From an uncultured Mycoplasmatota bacterium (GTDB lineage: Bacteria > Bacillota_I > Bacilli_A > RF39 > UBA660), in assembly GCA_946490195.1 (NCBI GenBank), contig CAMLWN010000002.1, positions 1 through 54,648 on the forward strand: a DNA stretch of 54,648 bases, in the 5' to 3' direction. The notes beneath the pieces are model-generated. The model saw only the letters and a program-made list of their open reading frames with translations. It was not told where the DNA came from and searched no databases. Both the position numbers and the translations under genes were made by a program. The first letter of the stretch is position 1. Each line of letters opens with the position of its first letter. Of the stretch, positions 37,146-47,541 are shown in pieces.

Positions 37146-37979
37146 TTAAAATTCTTTATTCACCGAAGTTGCCATTTTCTGCAGCTCTTTTATATTTATA
37201 TTTGTCGCTTTGGAGATAACTCCTAAATCTACTCCTGCTTTCACTAAATTATAAGCAGTTTCTGTTTTTCCTTCATCTCGTCCAATATCAATACCTTTAT
37301 CCATTCCAACTTCTTTTCCTAATTCATATGGATCATAATATAATAAAGCATCAAAATTTTCCATTATTCTTTCGGCTTCTTTTTTTACATCCATCATCAG
37401 TTTATCTCCTTCATATATTTCTTTAATTTTTTTTTCATCTCTTTCTACTAGCAAATAAAGCAATCTTCTAATTTATTTTTCTTGATATCATTATAAGCTA
37501 CATATTTTAGATAGTCAAGATTGATATCATATATCTCTATCTCTTCATTTCTTTTTACATAAATATTCTCTTCTATTAGACTTGTCTTATATATAAATTT
37601 TCCTTCTTTAAATCGATCATAATTGTCTAAATTTATTTGTATAACCTTCTTTGTTTGATTATATTCTTTAGATTTTTTTATACTTCGTAAACTTAATTGA
37701 TGCAAATAAGCTAAATTCTTTTTATCTAACTTTTCCGAATAATCTTTATTGATTTCAATATTGTAGTAAGTATCTTCTGTTTCATGTACAATATCTACTT
37801 CACTATTTACAATATTTTTATTTATTCCAATACTAGGATGAACAAGCTTTACTTCTTCTTCAATTTTCCTTCCGGTTACTTCTTCAAGTATTTCTTTTAC
37901 ATATTTTTTTAAAACAGGTGTATTACCTGATAACAACTTTTTGATTATTCGATCATTTAAAAGAACAAGTTTCAGTCAT
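37146..37979 (-). pseudogene. Rpn-family PD-(D/E)XK nuclease/putative transposase, disrupted by at least two frameshifts
   Basis: AAGGAGG-ATG at 37979 opens an 8-codon ORF. The family-like sequence continues in another frame (LLNDRIIKKLLSGN..., EVDIVHETEDTYYNIEINK, VIQINLDNYD) and then in a third ORF (37146-37463) with the typical C-terminal region. Confidence 0.7.
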
Positions 37980-38143
37980 TTTATTCCTCCTTTTCGAGGA
38001 AGTATTCTACATACTTTTTGTTTTCATGCAACACATTCGACAAAATATATCAAAAATTGTCATAGGTAAATAGTTTAATATCTTCTCCATAAAAGTAAAA
38101 AGTTTTTGCATAAAAATAATAATAATTAATTTACTTGAATCTT

Positions 38144-40087
38144 TTATTTAAAAGAATAATTTATTGAAGATGATCTTTGATATTCTCTCATTCTTTCTAA
38201 AATTTCGTCTTTTCTTTTTATTAATTCATAATAAAAGTTTGTTTCAACCGTATTCTCTTTATTTTCAAGCAAATCCATTAAATAATAATAATTTTGCCCT
38301 GAAAAATATTGTTCAAAAACATTAATCAAAATATTTAATTCATCAAAATTTTCTTTACCAACAGCATCCCAAATTAACTGAACATTTCCTTTTTGCCTAC
38401 TTGCAATTATAATAGGTTTAAATTCTTCAAAAAATTCTTTAACAAGAAAGAACTCGTGTTCATAACTTGTTACATTTTCAGATTGAAAAGTGGTCTCATC
38501 ATCAAAAAGAAAGCATTTTTCTTGTTTCATAATTCCACAAATTTCTTGGCTAATTAACTCATTTACAACCTCATTAAACAACTTATAAATTGGAGCACTT
38601 TCATTTTCTTTGTCTAAAAATAAAGTAGAATCATCCCAACCACTAATAATTTGAAATTTTTCTTCTTGAGAATCTATCAAATAAGACTCATAAATATGAT
38701 TTAATTCATGAATCAAATAATGATCTAAGTGATTAGAACTTCCATTACTATCTATAACGCATAAAGACAAAAGGGAGAAAAGTCCATACCCTTCTTCTGT
38801 TTTTTGAATATTTGGAGAAACTGAAGTACTATCAGTTTGATACAAATCAAAATCAAAGCCATGATTAGGAAATAACAAATTTAAAGAATGAATTTTTTCT
38901 AACCACTTTTTATTACACGCTAAACGACCAAAATAATCTTTTTTTAACTCTCCAATATATTGCTCACGTATTTGAAAAAATTGTGAAATCATTTCTGAAG
39001 AAGGCCATATTTTTTGAGCTTCTGAAGAAGAAACATATTGCTCGTAATCATCCCCTAAATCTAATCCTAAATGATTAAAATAAAAAATTCTATTCATTTT
39101 TACATAATCAGCATCCCAGGAATCATTTTCTAAACACTCTTCTTTTTCCTCCTGAAAAAACTCAAGTAATGAGGTGCCAAATAAACTATCGCCAAAAATA
39201 CTTTGAACACTTTGACTTAAAACTGAAAACTCTTTCTTTCCTTCAAGATATTCTTCAACACTTTTTCTTTCTTCTGGTTTTACAAAATGCAAATTAGCTC
39301 TTAAATATTCTTTAAAATATTTATCTGATAACTGATTGTATAAAGCTTTTGAATCTGAGGCAACCTGATAATAAGGTTGAAAAAAATTTAATTGATTCTG
39401 ATATTCTTCTTGAAGAGCATCTAATTTTTCATTGAAGCTTAATAATTTCTGAAAAGGTTCTTCTTCTAGCTTTTCTTCAAAATTATTGGAATCTATTGAA
39501 GGATCAATTTTTCGACAAAAAAATATATTTTCAATAAAAGTATTCAAATACTCTTTCCGACAATTTTCCTCATTAAAAAAATAATTTATATCATGACTTT
39601 CTTCTGAAGTAATATTTTCCAAAAATTTTGGAACTCGATGTTCATGAACACATGTACAATACTCTTCAAAAGACATATTATCTAAAAAATCTTTTAACCT
39701 AGAATATCCTCGACGATAAAAATCTTGAAGTCGTCCATCTAAAGAAGCCTTATGCATCTTATATAATTCATGAAATTTTTTAATAGGCATAAATTGAAGT
39801 TGTTTTAAAGAATAATTTTCAAACAAAAAATTATAATCTAAAGATAACTTTTCATCAACAAGAAGCTGATTTAACATTTTTTTAGACAAATCTAATTCAA
39901 GACTATTCAAAAATTTTTCTAACGCTTGAGGAGAATAATAAGGGATTATAAGTGCTTTTTGAAAGCTTTTTACAATATCTTCACGAGCATCTTCCCCATA
40001 ATATTGAACAAAAAGTTCAATAAGTTTAGGAAAGTTATTATCTATCAGTTCTTGTGCATTAAAAATTTTACGATAATTTTGAATCAT
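38144..40087 (-). CDS. hypothetical protein with an HExxH motif, 647 aa
   Basis: YLIHELNHIYE motif at about residue 463 of the track ORF. The start is at the ATG preceded by AGGTGA. Confidence 0.55.
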   Translation of the reverse strand: MIQNYRKIFNAQELIDNNFPKLIELFVQYYGEDAREDIVKSFQKALIIPYYSPQALEKFLNSLELDLSKKMLNQLLVDEKLSLDYNFLFENYSLKQLQFMPIKKFHELYKMHKASLDGRLQDFYRRGYSRLKDFLDNMSFEEYCTCVHEHRVPKFLENITSEESHDINYFFNEENCRKEYLNTFIENIFFCRKIDPSIDSNNFEEKLEEEPFQKLLSFNEKLDALQEEYQNQLNFFQPYYQVASDSKALYNQLSDKYFKEYLRANLHFVKPEERKSVEEYLEGKKEFSVLSQSVQSIFGDSLFGTSLLEFFQEEKEECLENDSWDADYVKMNRIFYFNHLGLDLGDDYEQYVSSSEAQKIWPSSEMISQFFQIREQYIGELKKDYFGRLACNKKWLEKIHSLNLLFPNHGFDFDLYQTDSTSVSPNIQKTEEGYGLFSLLSLCVIDSNGSSNHLDHYLIHELNHIYESYLIDSQEEKFQIISGWDDSTLFLDKENESAPIYKLFNEVVNELISQEICGIMKQEKCFLFDDETTFQSENVTSYEHEFFLVKEFFEEFKPIIIASRQKGNVQLIWDAVGKENFDELNILINVFEQYFSGQNYYYLMDLLENKENTVETNFYYELIKRKDEILERMREYQRSSSINYSFK

Positions 40088-40385
40088 ATAAATCACCTAA
40101 CAATTCCTTTAACTGTAAATATTTTAATGGGAATTTTCCTTTCCAAGAAAATTTTTCGACTTTATCGCTTATTATAGTTATTCTACACTCTTCAGCATCA
40201 ATAACATTTCTAGAAGAAACAGAGTTAGAAAAAGAAGAAAGAATACTCAGCAATTGTTCTAAAAAACTATCTGATATTGAATAAGATTTTTGATTTAATA
40301 AACACTTCTTACTTGAAAAATCAATTTTTGCTTCCATTTCATAATTTAAATGATTTGTAATAAATATATGAATTTGTTTAATCAT
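40068..40385 (-). CDS. hypothetical protein, 105 aa
   Basis: The start was chosen at MIKQIH (RBS AAAGGGTG). Overlaps the downstream gene by 20 nt. Confidence 0.5.
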   Translation of the reverse strand: MIKQIHIFITNHLNYEMEAKIDFSSKKCLLNQKSYSISDSFLEQLLSILSSFSNSVSSRNVIDAEECRITIISDKVEKFSWKGKFPLKYLQLKELLGDLYDSKLS

Positions 40386-40464
40386 AATAAACACCCTTTT
40401 ATTAAAGATACCATACATTTTTTAAAAAAAATTTATTTTCTACTTTAATTGACAACAAATTAAC

Positions 40465-40489
40465 AAAAAAACTCAAGTTTCCTTGAGTT
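40465..40489 (-). terminator. Intrinsic terminator ending the alpha operon
   Basis: AACTCAAG-tttc-CTTGAGTT directly after the rplQ stop, followed by T6-7 on the minus strand. Confidence 0.7.
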
Positions 40490-40829
40490 AAACTAATTCT
40501 AAACGAACTTGTAATGCGTCGTCACCAATACGTTCTGTAATCTTAATAATTCTTGTATATCCACCATTACGATCTTGATATTTTGTAGCTAATTCATTAA
40601 ATACTTTACTAACTACTTCATTATCATTATGTACAAAAGCTAAAGCTTTTCTACGAGAAACTAAAGTTCCTCTTTTACCATAGGTAATTAACTTATCCAC
40701 AAATTTACGAACTTCTTTAGCGCGAGCTTCTGTAGTAACAACACTGCCATTTAAAATAACAGTTTTTGTTAAACCAGCAAGAATACTTCTTCTCTTTTTA
40801 GAATCTCTACTTAATTTTCTATAAGCCAT
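40488..40829 (-). CDS. rplQ: 50S ribosomal protein L17
   Basis: Sequence and cluster position. Confidence 0.95.
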   Translation of the reverse strand: MAYRKLSRDSKKRRSILAGLTKTVILNGSVVTTEARAKEVRKFVDKLITYGKRGTLVSRRKALAFVHNDNEVVSKVFNELATKYQDRNGGYTRIIKITERIGDDALQVRLELV

Positions 40830-40843
40830 TTTTAAATACCTCC

Positions 40844-41788
40844 TTAATCGCGGAACTTAAGTCCCATTTCTTCAACTTTATCTAAAACTTCTTTTAATGA
40901 TTTTTTACCTAAATTACGAATCTTCGTAACTTCCACTTCTTTTTTATTGATTAAATCTTGTACTGTATGAATTCCAGCTCTTTTTAAACAGTTATAAGCA
41001 CGAACAGAGAACTCAATTTCTTCAATAGGGGTTTCTAGTGTTTTTGTAATTGTATCAACTTTCTTTTCACTCATAAGTCCTGCAACATCACTAATTGAAT
41101 TTAAATCTGCTACAATACTAAAATGTTCAATTAAAATTTTAGCTGCTAAAGCCATACACTCTTCTGGTGTAATACTTCCATTGGTTTGAACTTCCATAAT
41201 TAACTTATCAAAGTTTTCATTATGTCCTACACGAGCACTTTCAACATCAACAGCTACTCTTTCAACAGGACTATATAAAGAATCAATTGCAATAACTCCT
41301 GGTTTATCTTCAGCAAATAATTTTTGATTTTCTTTAGAATCAACATATCCCTTACCATTATTGCATGTAAGAGTCATGTCAATTTTTCCACCTTCAACTA
41401 AGTTACAAATAACAAAGTCAGGATTTACAACTTCAATATCTGCATCATGCTCAATCATTCCAGCAGTAACTGGACCTGGTGTATTAGCAACTAAATGCAT
41501 TGTTTTAGCTTCTTCTGTATGATTTTTTAAAACAACACCTTTTAAATTCAAAACAATTGCTGTTACGTCTTCATAAACACCATCAATTTTTTGGAATTCA
41601 TGAAGTACACCATCAATCTTTACAGTTGTAATTGCACATCCAGGCATGCTTGATAACATAACACGACGTAAAGCAGTACCAATAGTGGTTCCAAATCCTC
41701 TTTCAAGAGGTTCTAATTCAAATTTTCCATAGTGATTGCTTTCTTGATACTCTGTAATTTTATAATCTGGTTTTTCAAATTTAATCAT
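40844..41788 (-). CDS. rpoA: DNA-directed RNA polymerase subunit alpha
   Basis: Sequence (GFGTTIGTALRRVMLSS) and cluster position. Confidence 0.96.
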   Translation of the reverse strand: MIKFEKPDYKITEYQESNHYGKFELEPLERGFGTTIGTALRRVMLSSMPGCAITTVKIDGVLHEFQKIDGVYEDVTAIVLNLKGVVLKNHTEEAKTMHLVANTPGPVTAGMIEHDADIEVVNPDFVICNLVEGGKIDMTLTCNNGKGYVDSKENQKLFAEDKPGVIAIDSLYSPVERVAVDVESARVGHNENFDKLIMEVQTNGSITPEECMALAAKILIEHFSIVADLNSISDVAGLMSEKKVDTITKTLETPIEEIEFSVRAYNCLKRAGIHTVQDLINKKEVEVTKIRNLGKKSLKEVLDKVEEMGLKFRD

Positions 41789-41808
41789 AATCTAATCCCC
41801 TTCCCCTA

Positions 41809-42192
41809 CTAATTTCTTGGTCTTTTTGGTGGACGGCATCCGTTATGTGGAATTGGTGTCTCATCAACGATACTTGTAACTTCTAGTCCAACAGCTTGTA
41901 ATTGACGAATCGCATTTTCTCTACCAGCACCTAATCCTTTAACGTGTACTTCAACCTTCTTAACACCACAGTCTAATGCAGCACGTCCAGCAGCTTCAGC
42001 ACTTGTACCAGCTGCAAAAGGAGTTTTCTTTTTAGAGCCTTTATATCCTATAGTTCCAGCACTTGCCCAACTTAATACATTTCCTTCTTTATCTGTAATT
42101 GTAACAATGGTATTGTTATAAGTTGAATGAATATGAGCAACAGCTTCAGGAACATTCTTTTTAACTTTTCTTTTTCTTCTATTATATGCCAT
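41809..42192 (-). CDS. rpsK: 30S ribosomal protein S11
   Basis: Sequence. The start is at the ATG 9 nt after GGAGG. Confidence 0.95.
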   Translation of the reverse strand: MAYNRRKRKVKKNVPEAVAHIHSTYNNTIVTITDKEGNVLSWASAGTIGYKGSKKKTPFAAGTSAEAAGRAALDCGVKKVEVHVKGLGAGRENAIRQLQAVGLEVTSIVDETPIPHNGCRPPKRPRN

Positions 42193-42205
42193 AAACACTT
42201 ACCTC

Positions 42206-42580
42206 CTATTTACCTACTTTTTTCTTATTAGCAACTACTTTACCTTTTCCTTTACGAGTTTTAGCATTTCTACTAGTTCTTTGACCACGTACAGGAAGGC
42301 CTTTTTTATGACGAATACCTTGATAAGAGTTAATTTCCATTTTCTCTTTAATGCTCATTTGCACGTCACGACGAAGATCACCCTCAACAGTATATTGATC
42401 AACTTCTTTACGTAACTTTTGAACTTCATCATCTGTTAAATCTTTAACTTTTTTTGAAGGTTCTACTCCTGCATTCTCGCAAATAGTTTTAGCTAAAGGT
42501 CTACCAATACCATAAATAGCTGTTAAACCGATGCAAATATGTTTTTCATTAGGTAATTCAATATTCTTAATTCTTGCCAT
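42206..42580 (-). CDS. rpsM: 30S ribosomal protein S13
   Basis: Sequence and cluster position. Confidence 0.95.
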   Translation of the reverse strand: MARIKNIELPNEKHICIGLTAIYGIGRPLAKTICENAGVEPSKKVKDLTDDEVQKLRKEVDQYTVEGDLRRDVQMSIKEKMEINSYQGIRHKKGLPVRGQRTSRNAKTRKGKGKVVANKKKVGK

Positions 42581-42597
42581 ATACTAATTTCACTCTC

Positions 42598-42714
42598 CTA
42601 TTTCCCTTGAGTTTGTTTGTGTTTTGGATTTTCACAAATAACCATAACTTTTCCATTTCTTTTAATTAATTTACATTTTTTACAAATTTTCTTTACAGAT
42701 GGTCTAACTTTCAT
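42598..42714 (-). CDS. rpmJ: 50S ribosomal protein L36 (not in the ORF track)
   Basis: Manual translation gives [47 protein letters not shown] is upstream. Confidence 0.93.
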   Translation of the reverse strand: MKVRPSVKKICKKCKLIKRNGKVMVICENPKHKQTQGK

Positions 42715-42729
42715 AATATTTTACCTCCA

Positions 42730-43017
42730 TTATCTTTTATTCCATACAATGCGCCCACGTGTTAAATCATAAGGAGAAAGTTCTATGGTGACTGTATCAC
42801 CTGGTAAGATACGAATCATATTTACTCGCATTTTACCAGAAACGTAGGCCTCTACAGTATAACCATTAGGAAGTTCTACAATGTAGTCTCCGCCTTTTAA
42901 AACATCTACTACTTTTCCTTCCACTTCTATCTTATCTGACCTACCACTGCTGACAGGTCTTTGTTTTACAACATCTTTACTTTGTAAATTACTTTTTCGA
43001 TCATTTTTTTTAGCCAT
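42730..43017 (-). CDS. infA: translation initiation factor IF-1 with a ~25-aa basic N-terminal extension
   Basis: The core IEVEGKV...[32 protein letters not shown] is canonical. No alternative in-frame start was seen. Confidence 0.9.
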   Translation of the reverse strand: MAKKNDRKSNLQSKDVVKQRPVSSGRSDKIEVEGKVVDVLKGGDYIVELPNGYTVEAYVSGKMRVNMIRILPGDTVTIELSPYDLTRGRIVWNKR

Positions 43018-43023
43018 ATTTTT

Positions 43024-43767
43024 CTATTCTCCTGTTAAAATTTCATATCCGTCCTTTGTAACGCAAACGGTATGTTCAAAATGTGCTGATGGACTTCCAT
43101 CTTCAGTTACAACAGTCCAATCATCATCAAGCATTACAACATCTTTACTTCCTAAGTTAAGCATTGGTTCAATTGCTAAAGTCATTCCTTCTTTTAAAAC
43201 TAAACCAGTATTTGCTTCCCCATAATTTGGTACATCAGGTGCCTCATGCATATCGGTTCCAATACCGTGTCCCACAAGTTCTTCAACAACAGATAAACCA
43301 TGAGCATGAGCATAAGAACTAATCGCATGTCCAATATCCCCTATTCTAGCACCAGGTTTAATAACTTTCAAGCCCTCATATAAAGCAGCTTCAGTATCTT
43401 TAACCATTTGCTCTATTCTAGGGTCTACTTCTCCTACTAAATAGGTTCTTGTCATATCACTTTCATAACCAGCCTTACGAACGGTAAAATCAAGTTTAAC
43501 AATATCTCCATTTTTTAGTTTTCGTTTTCCAGGAATACCATGAACAACTTCATCATTAATACTAATACAAGCACTTCCAGGAAAACCTTCATAACCTAAA
43601 CAAGAAGGATAACCACCTAACTTAGTAACAAAATCATAAATATGTTTATCAATTTCTTTAGTAGTAATTCCAGGCTTCATATACTTTTCCATTTCTTTAT
43701 GAGCCAAATAATTAATATGACCAGCCTCTTTCATCAACTGAATTTCGCGAGCACTTTTAATTGTCAT
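43024..43767 (-). CDS. map: type I methionine aminopeptidase
   Basis: Sequence and cluster position. Confidence 0.94.
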   Translation of the reverse strand: MTIKSAREIQLMKEAGHINYLAHKEMEKYMKPGITTKEIDKHIYDFVTKLGGYPSCLGYEGFPGSACISINDEVVHGIPGKRKLKNGDIVKLDFTVRKAGYESDMTRTYLVGEVDPRIEQMVKDTEAALYEGLKVIKPGARIGDIGHAISSYAHAHGLSVVEELVGHGIGTDMHEAPDVPNYGEANTGLVLKEGMTLAIEPMLNLGSKDVVMLDDDWTVVTEDGSPSAHFEHTVCVTKDGYEILTGE

Positions 43768-44395
43768 GAACTACCTCCATCAACTCATGAAGAGCTTCTG
43801 TCTGATCTTCTGAATTATTAGTAATTTTAATAAGCAAATCCTTTTGTTCATAAAAATCTAAAATAGGTTTTGTTCTATCTAAATATTGTTGATATCTTTT
43901 CAAAAAAGCTTCTTCCGTATCATCCGTTCTTTTTTTCAAAAGAACTCCACAATCATCACAATAATTTTGTTTTTTTGGACAAAAACTTTTAAAATAAAGA
44001 TTATAGTTTCGATCACAATTTGGACAAACCAAACGTCCTAAAACTCTTTTTAATAAAATATCTTTATGAACATCTAAATAAACAACAATCAAATTTTGAT
44101 AATCTACCAAACTTTCTAAAGTTTTTGCTTGTTCTAAAGTTCTTGGCACACCATCTAAAATAAACAAATCAGTTTCTTTTAAAGAACGCAACTTTAAAGA
44201 AACAAGATTCATTACAAAAGCATCATCAATTAAACTTCCTGATAAAAGTTTTGATGCAAGCTCTTTATTTGTAATAGCCTCATCACGAAGTAAATCACCT
44301 GTTGAAATATGTTGATAACCATATTTATCTGTTAAAAACTCACTGAACGTTCCCTTGCCTGCGGCAGGAGGAGCAAGAAATATTACGTTCTTCAC
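43757..44395 (-). CDS. adk: adenylate kinase (zinc-LID type)
   Basis: HISTGDLLRDE and the CPNC...CDDC LID motif. The P-loop reads APPAAGKGT. Confidence 0.9.
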   Translation of the reverse strand: MKNVIFLAPPAAGKGTFSEFLTDKYGYQHISTGDLLRDEAITNKELASKLLSGSLIDDAFVMNLVSLKLRSLKETDLFILDGVPRTLEQAKTLESLVDYQNLIVVYLDVHKDILLKRVLGRLVCPNCDRNYNLYFKSFCPKKQNYCDDCGVLLKKRTDDTEEAFLKRYQQYLDRTKPILDFYEQKDLLIKITNNSEDQTEALHELMEVVHDN

Positions 44396-45666
44396 GAATT
44401 TCTTCTCCTACTTGAATACTTTCTTGAAACAAGTCCACTTTGAATTTGTTTATAAGTTTCAATAGCTACACCTACAACAATAAGTATTCCAGTACCTCCG
44501 ATAGCAACAGACTGAGGTAACCCAGTTAAATTAGATATAAGAATTGGCATTCCTGCTAAAATAGCAATGAACAAAGACCCAACTAAAGTAAGTCTTCCAA
44601 CAACATTACTAATATATTTAGTTGTTTCAGCACCAGGGCGAACTCCAGGAATATAAGCTCCACTCTTATTTAAATCTTTACTCATCTCTTCTGGATTCAT
44701 TGCCATAAAAGTATAAAAATAACTAAAGAATACAATTAAAGCAATATATAAGATAAATCCAGGAACAGATGTATACATAATATAATTATTTACAAAATTT
44801 ATAGCATCTTGATTACCAATAATTGTTACGATAATTGATGGAATTGTCAGTAACATTGATGCAAAGATTACGGGCATAACACCTGCGTAATTAATTCGTA
44901 AAGGCAAATAAGATTGTTTTTCTTTATATGCACTTACGGTTTTATTTGCATATTGAATAGGAATTCTTCTTTCAGCTAAAGTTATCCACACAATACCTAC
45001 TATAACAAGTAAATACATGATTAAATAAGCTGCAAAGAAAATTATACCAACCCAATTAGCATATGTACCAGCACCTATAAATACCTCATAAGCACCAGTA
45101 AATACTGCAGGTAAACTAAGAACGATACTAGCCATGATTAATAAAGATTGACCATTACCAATACCTTTACTCGTAATTTGATCTCCTAACCATAAAAGGA
45201 AAGAAGTACCAGCTGTCATAACTAAAGTGATTTTTAAAATCATTCCTACATCATTTACACCTAATAAGAAAACGGTTAAAACATAAGCTTGAACAAAAGC
45301 TAAAAGAATTCCTAAATATCTTGTAATTCGATTAATTTTTTGTCTACCAACATAACCTTGTTCTTTTAATTCTTTAAAATACGGAATAATATCCATAGTC
45401 AAAAGTTGTGTAACAATCGATGCATTAATGTATGGGGTTACTCCAAGTCCAAAGATTGCAAACCTTTCAAAACCCCCACCACTCATTAAGTTAAAAACAC
45501 CTAGAAAATCTAATTCACTAAACAAAGTTCCTAACCAAGGAGTGGCCCAAACAATTGTAATACCTGTTCCTAAAGCATAAATGCCTAGAACAAATAAAGT
45601 AAAAAATATTCTCTTTCTTAAATCTTTGGCTTCTTTTGAAAATAACTTGAGAGACCCAGTAGCCAT
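44392..45666 (-). CDS. secY: preprotein translocase subunit SecY
   Basis: Sequence and cluster position. Confidence 0.95.
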   Translation of the reverse strand: MATGSLKLFSKEAKDLRKRIFFTLFVLGIYALGTGITIVWATPWLGTLFSELDFLGVFNLMSGGGFERFAIFGLGVTPYINASIVTQLLTMDIIPYFKELKEQGYVGRQKINRITRYLGILLAFVQAYVLTVFLLGVNDVGMILKITLVMTAGTSFLLWLGDQITSKGIGNGQSLLIMASIVLSLPAVFTGAYEVFIGAGTYANWVGIIFFAAYLIMYLLVIVGIVWITLAERRIPIQYANKTVSAYKEKQSYLPLRINYAGVMPVIFASMLLTIPSIIVTIIGNQDAINFVNNYIMYTSVPGFILYIALIVFFSYFYTFMAMNPEEMSKDLNKSGAYIPGVRPGAETTKYISNVVGRLTLVGSLFIAILAGMPILISNLTGLPQSVAIGGTGILIVVGVAIETYKQIQSGLVSRKYSSRRRNS

Positions 45667-45667
45667 C

Positions 45668-46111
45668 TTAGATCACCTCAGTATTTCCACCTGCATTTTC
45701 GATTTTAGTAACAGCAACACTTGAAAAACGTTGTGCTTTAACAGTTAACTTTTTCGTTAAATTACCATTAGCTAAAACTTTCACGCCATCTAATTGTTTT
45801 TTGATAATTCCTTTTTCTTTTAATACTTCTGGAGTAACTACATCTCCATCATTAAAGAATTTATCTAAATCACTTAAATTGATAACTGCGTATTTAGTTT
45901 CAAAACGTGTATTTTTAAAACCTCTTTTAGGAATTCTTCTATATAAAGGAGATTGTCCACCTTGAAACCATGCAGAAATACTTGCACCACTTCTAGATTT
46001 TTGACCATTCTCTCCATGAGTTGAAGTTTTTCCCATTCCAGAACCAGGTCCACGTCCAACACGTTTTACATTTTTTAATTCTTTTGTTTTAGGTAAACTT
46101 TCTAATCTCAT
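45668..46111 (-). CDS. rplO: 50S ribosomal protein L15
   Basis: The start is at MRLESL (RBS GAGGAG). The track ORF is over-extended into rpsE. Confidence 0.94.
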   Translation of the reverse strand: MRLESLPKTKELKNVKRVGRGPGSGMGKTSTHGENGQKSRSGASISAWFQGGQSPLYRRIPKRGFKNTRFETKYAVINLSDLDKFFNDGDVVTPEVLKEKGIIKKQLDGVKVLANGNLTKKLTVKAQRFSSVAVTKIENAGGNTEVI

Positions 46112-46112
46112 A

Positions 46113-46619
46113 TTACAACTCCTCAACTTTCTTACCACGTAAAGCTGCGATTTTAGCTGGAGTACGAACAGATTTTAAAGCTTCTAAAGTAGCCTTAGCA
46201 ACATTAACTTGTGAATTACTTCCTAAACTCTTAGAAATAATATCTTTAACACCAGCAAGTTCTAAGACAGCACGAGCAGCACCACCAGCAATTACTCCCT
46301 TACCAGCAATAGCAGGTTTAATTAAAACAACAGCTCGTCCAACTTTTCCAGTAGCTTCATGAGGAATCGTACGATTATCTTGTAAAGCTACACGTACAAC
46401 ATTCTTATTAGCAGCTTTGCTTGCTTTAGAAATTGCATCATTAACTTCATTAGCTTTACCTGTACCAATACCAACTAATCCTTTACGATTACCAACAACT
46501 ACAGTTGCAGAGAAACGAAAATGTCTACCACCTTTAGTAACTTTAGTAACACGACTTAAGTTAATTACTTTTTCTTCTAAAAGTTTTTTTCTTGAATCAT
46601 TATTTTGTGTTCTAGCCAT
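46113..46619 (-). CDS. rpsE: 30S ribosomal protein S5
   Basis: Sequence and cluster position. Confidence 0.95.
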   Translation of the reverse strand: MARTQNNDSRKKLLEEKVINLSRVTKVTKGGRHFRFSATVVVGNRKGLVGIGTGKANEVNDAISKASKAANKNVVRVALQDNRTIPHEATGKVGRAVVLIKPAIAGKGVIAGGAARAVLELAGVKDIISKSLGSNSQVNVAKATLEALKSVRTPAKIAALRGKKVEEL

Positions 46620-46631
46620 AAACGTTTCCTC

Positions 46632-46985
46632 CTATATCTCTAAGCCGTTTTCACGTGCAGCATCAGCTAAAGCAGCTACACGTCCATGATAAAGATATCC
46701 ACCTCTATCAAAAACGACTTTTTCAATTTTTGCATTTTTACATTTCAAAGCAATATCTTTTCCAACAGCTTTAGCGCCTTCAATATTGCCTCCGTTTACT
46801 TTTAATACTTTAGAAGAAGAGCTAACTAAAGTAGTACCAGACTCGTCATCAATAACTTGAGCATAAATTTCTTTGTTAGAACGGAAAACATTAAGTCTTG
46901 GTAAACTTGCAGTTCCACTTATATTCTTACGTACTCTTGCATGACGTCTTTGACGCATTACATTTCTTGATTCTTTCTTTATCAT
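46632..46985 (-). CDS. rplR: 50S ribosomal protein L18
   Basis: Sequence and cluster position. Confidence 0.95.
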   Translation of the reverse strand: MIKKESRNVMRQRRHARVRKNISGTASLPRLNVFRSNKEIYAQVIDDESGTTLVSSSSKVLKVNGGNIEGAKAVGKDIALKCKNAKIEKVVFDRGGYLYHGRVAALADAARENGLEI

Positions 46986-46993
46986 ACTCTCAC

Positions 46994-47533
46994 CTACTTA
47001 GCCGCTTTCTTTCCTTCTTTACGACGTACATGTTCGCCTTTATAACGAATTCCTTTACCTTTATAAGGTTCTGGGCTTCTTATTTCACGAATCTTAGCCG
47101 CAAATTCGGATACTTTTTGTTTATCAATACCTTCAATACTAATCTCTGTATTACTTACAGAAACAATATTTATTCCCTCAGGAGCAGTAACTACAACTGG
47201 ATGAGAAAAACCAGCACTGATATTTAATTTATTACCTTGAACATTGAAACGGTAACCAACACCGATAATTTCAAGACCTTTTTTATAACCTTCACTTACA
47301 CCAATAAGCATATTGTTAATAAGTGAATTCATTGTGCCTTGTACAACATTAGCACGAATTGTATCTTCACGTTTATTTGTTTCAATCACACCGTCAGCGA
47401 TAACAACCTCGATTAATGGATCAATATTTAAAGTTAAAGAACCTTTGCTACTTTTAACAGTTAAAACATCACCATTCATCACAGCTTCAACGCCAGTTGG
47501 GATTTGTAATTTTCTTTTTCCTATTCTACTCAT
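46994..47533 (-). CDS. rplF: 50S ribosomal protein L6
   Basis: Sequence and cluster position. Confidence 0.95.
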   Translation of the reverse strand: MSRIGKRKLQIPTGVEAVMNGDVLTVKSSKGSLTLNIDPLIEVVIADGVIETNKREDTIRANVVQGTMNSLINNMLIGVSEGYKKGLEIIGVGYRFNVQGNKLNISAGFSHPVVVTAPEGINIVSVSNTEISIEGIDKQKVSEFAAKIREIRSPEPYKGKGIRYKGEHVRRKEGKKAAK

Positions 47534-47541
47534 AAATCCTC

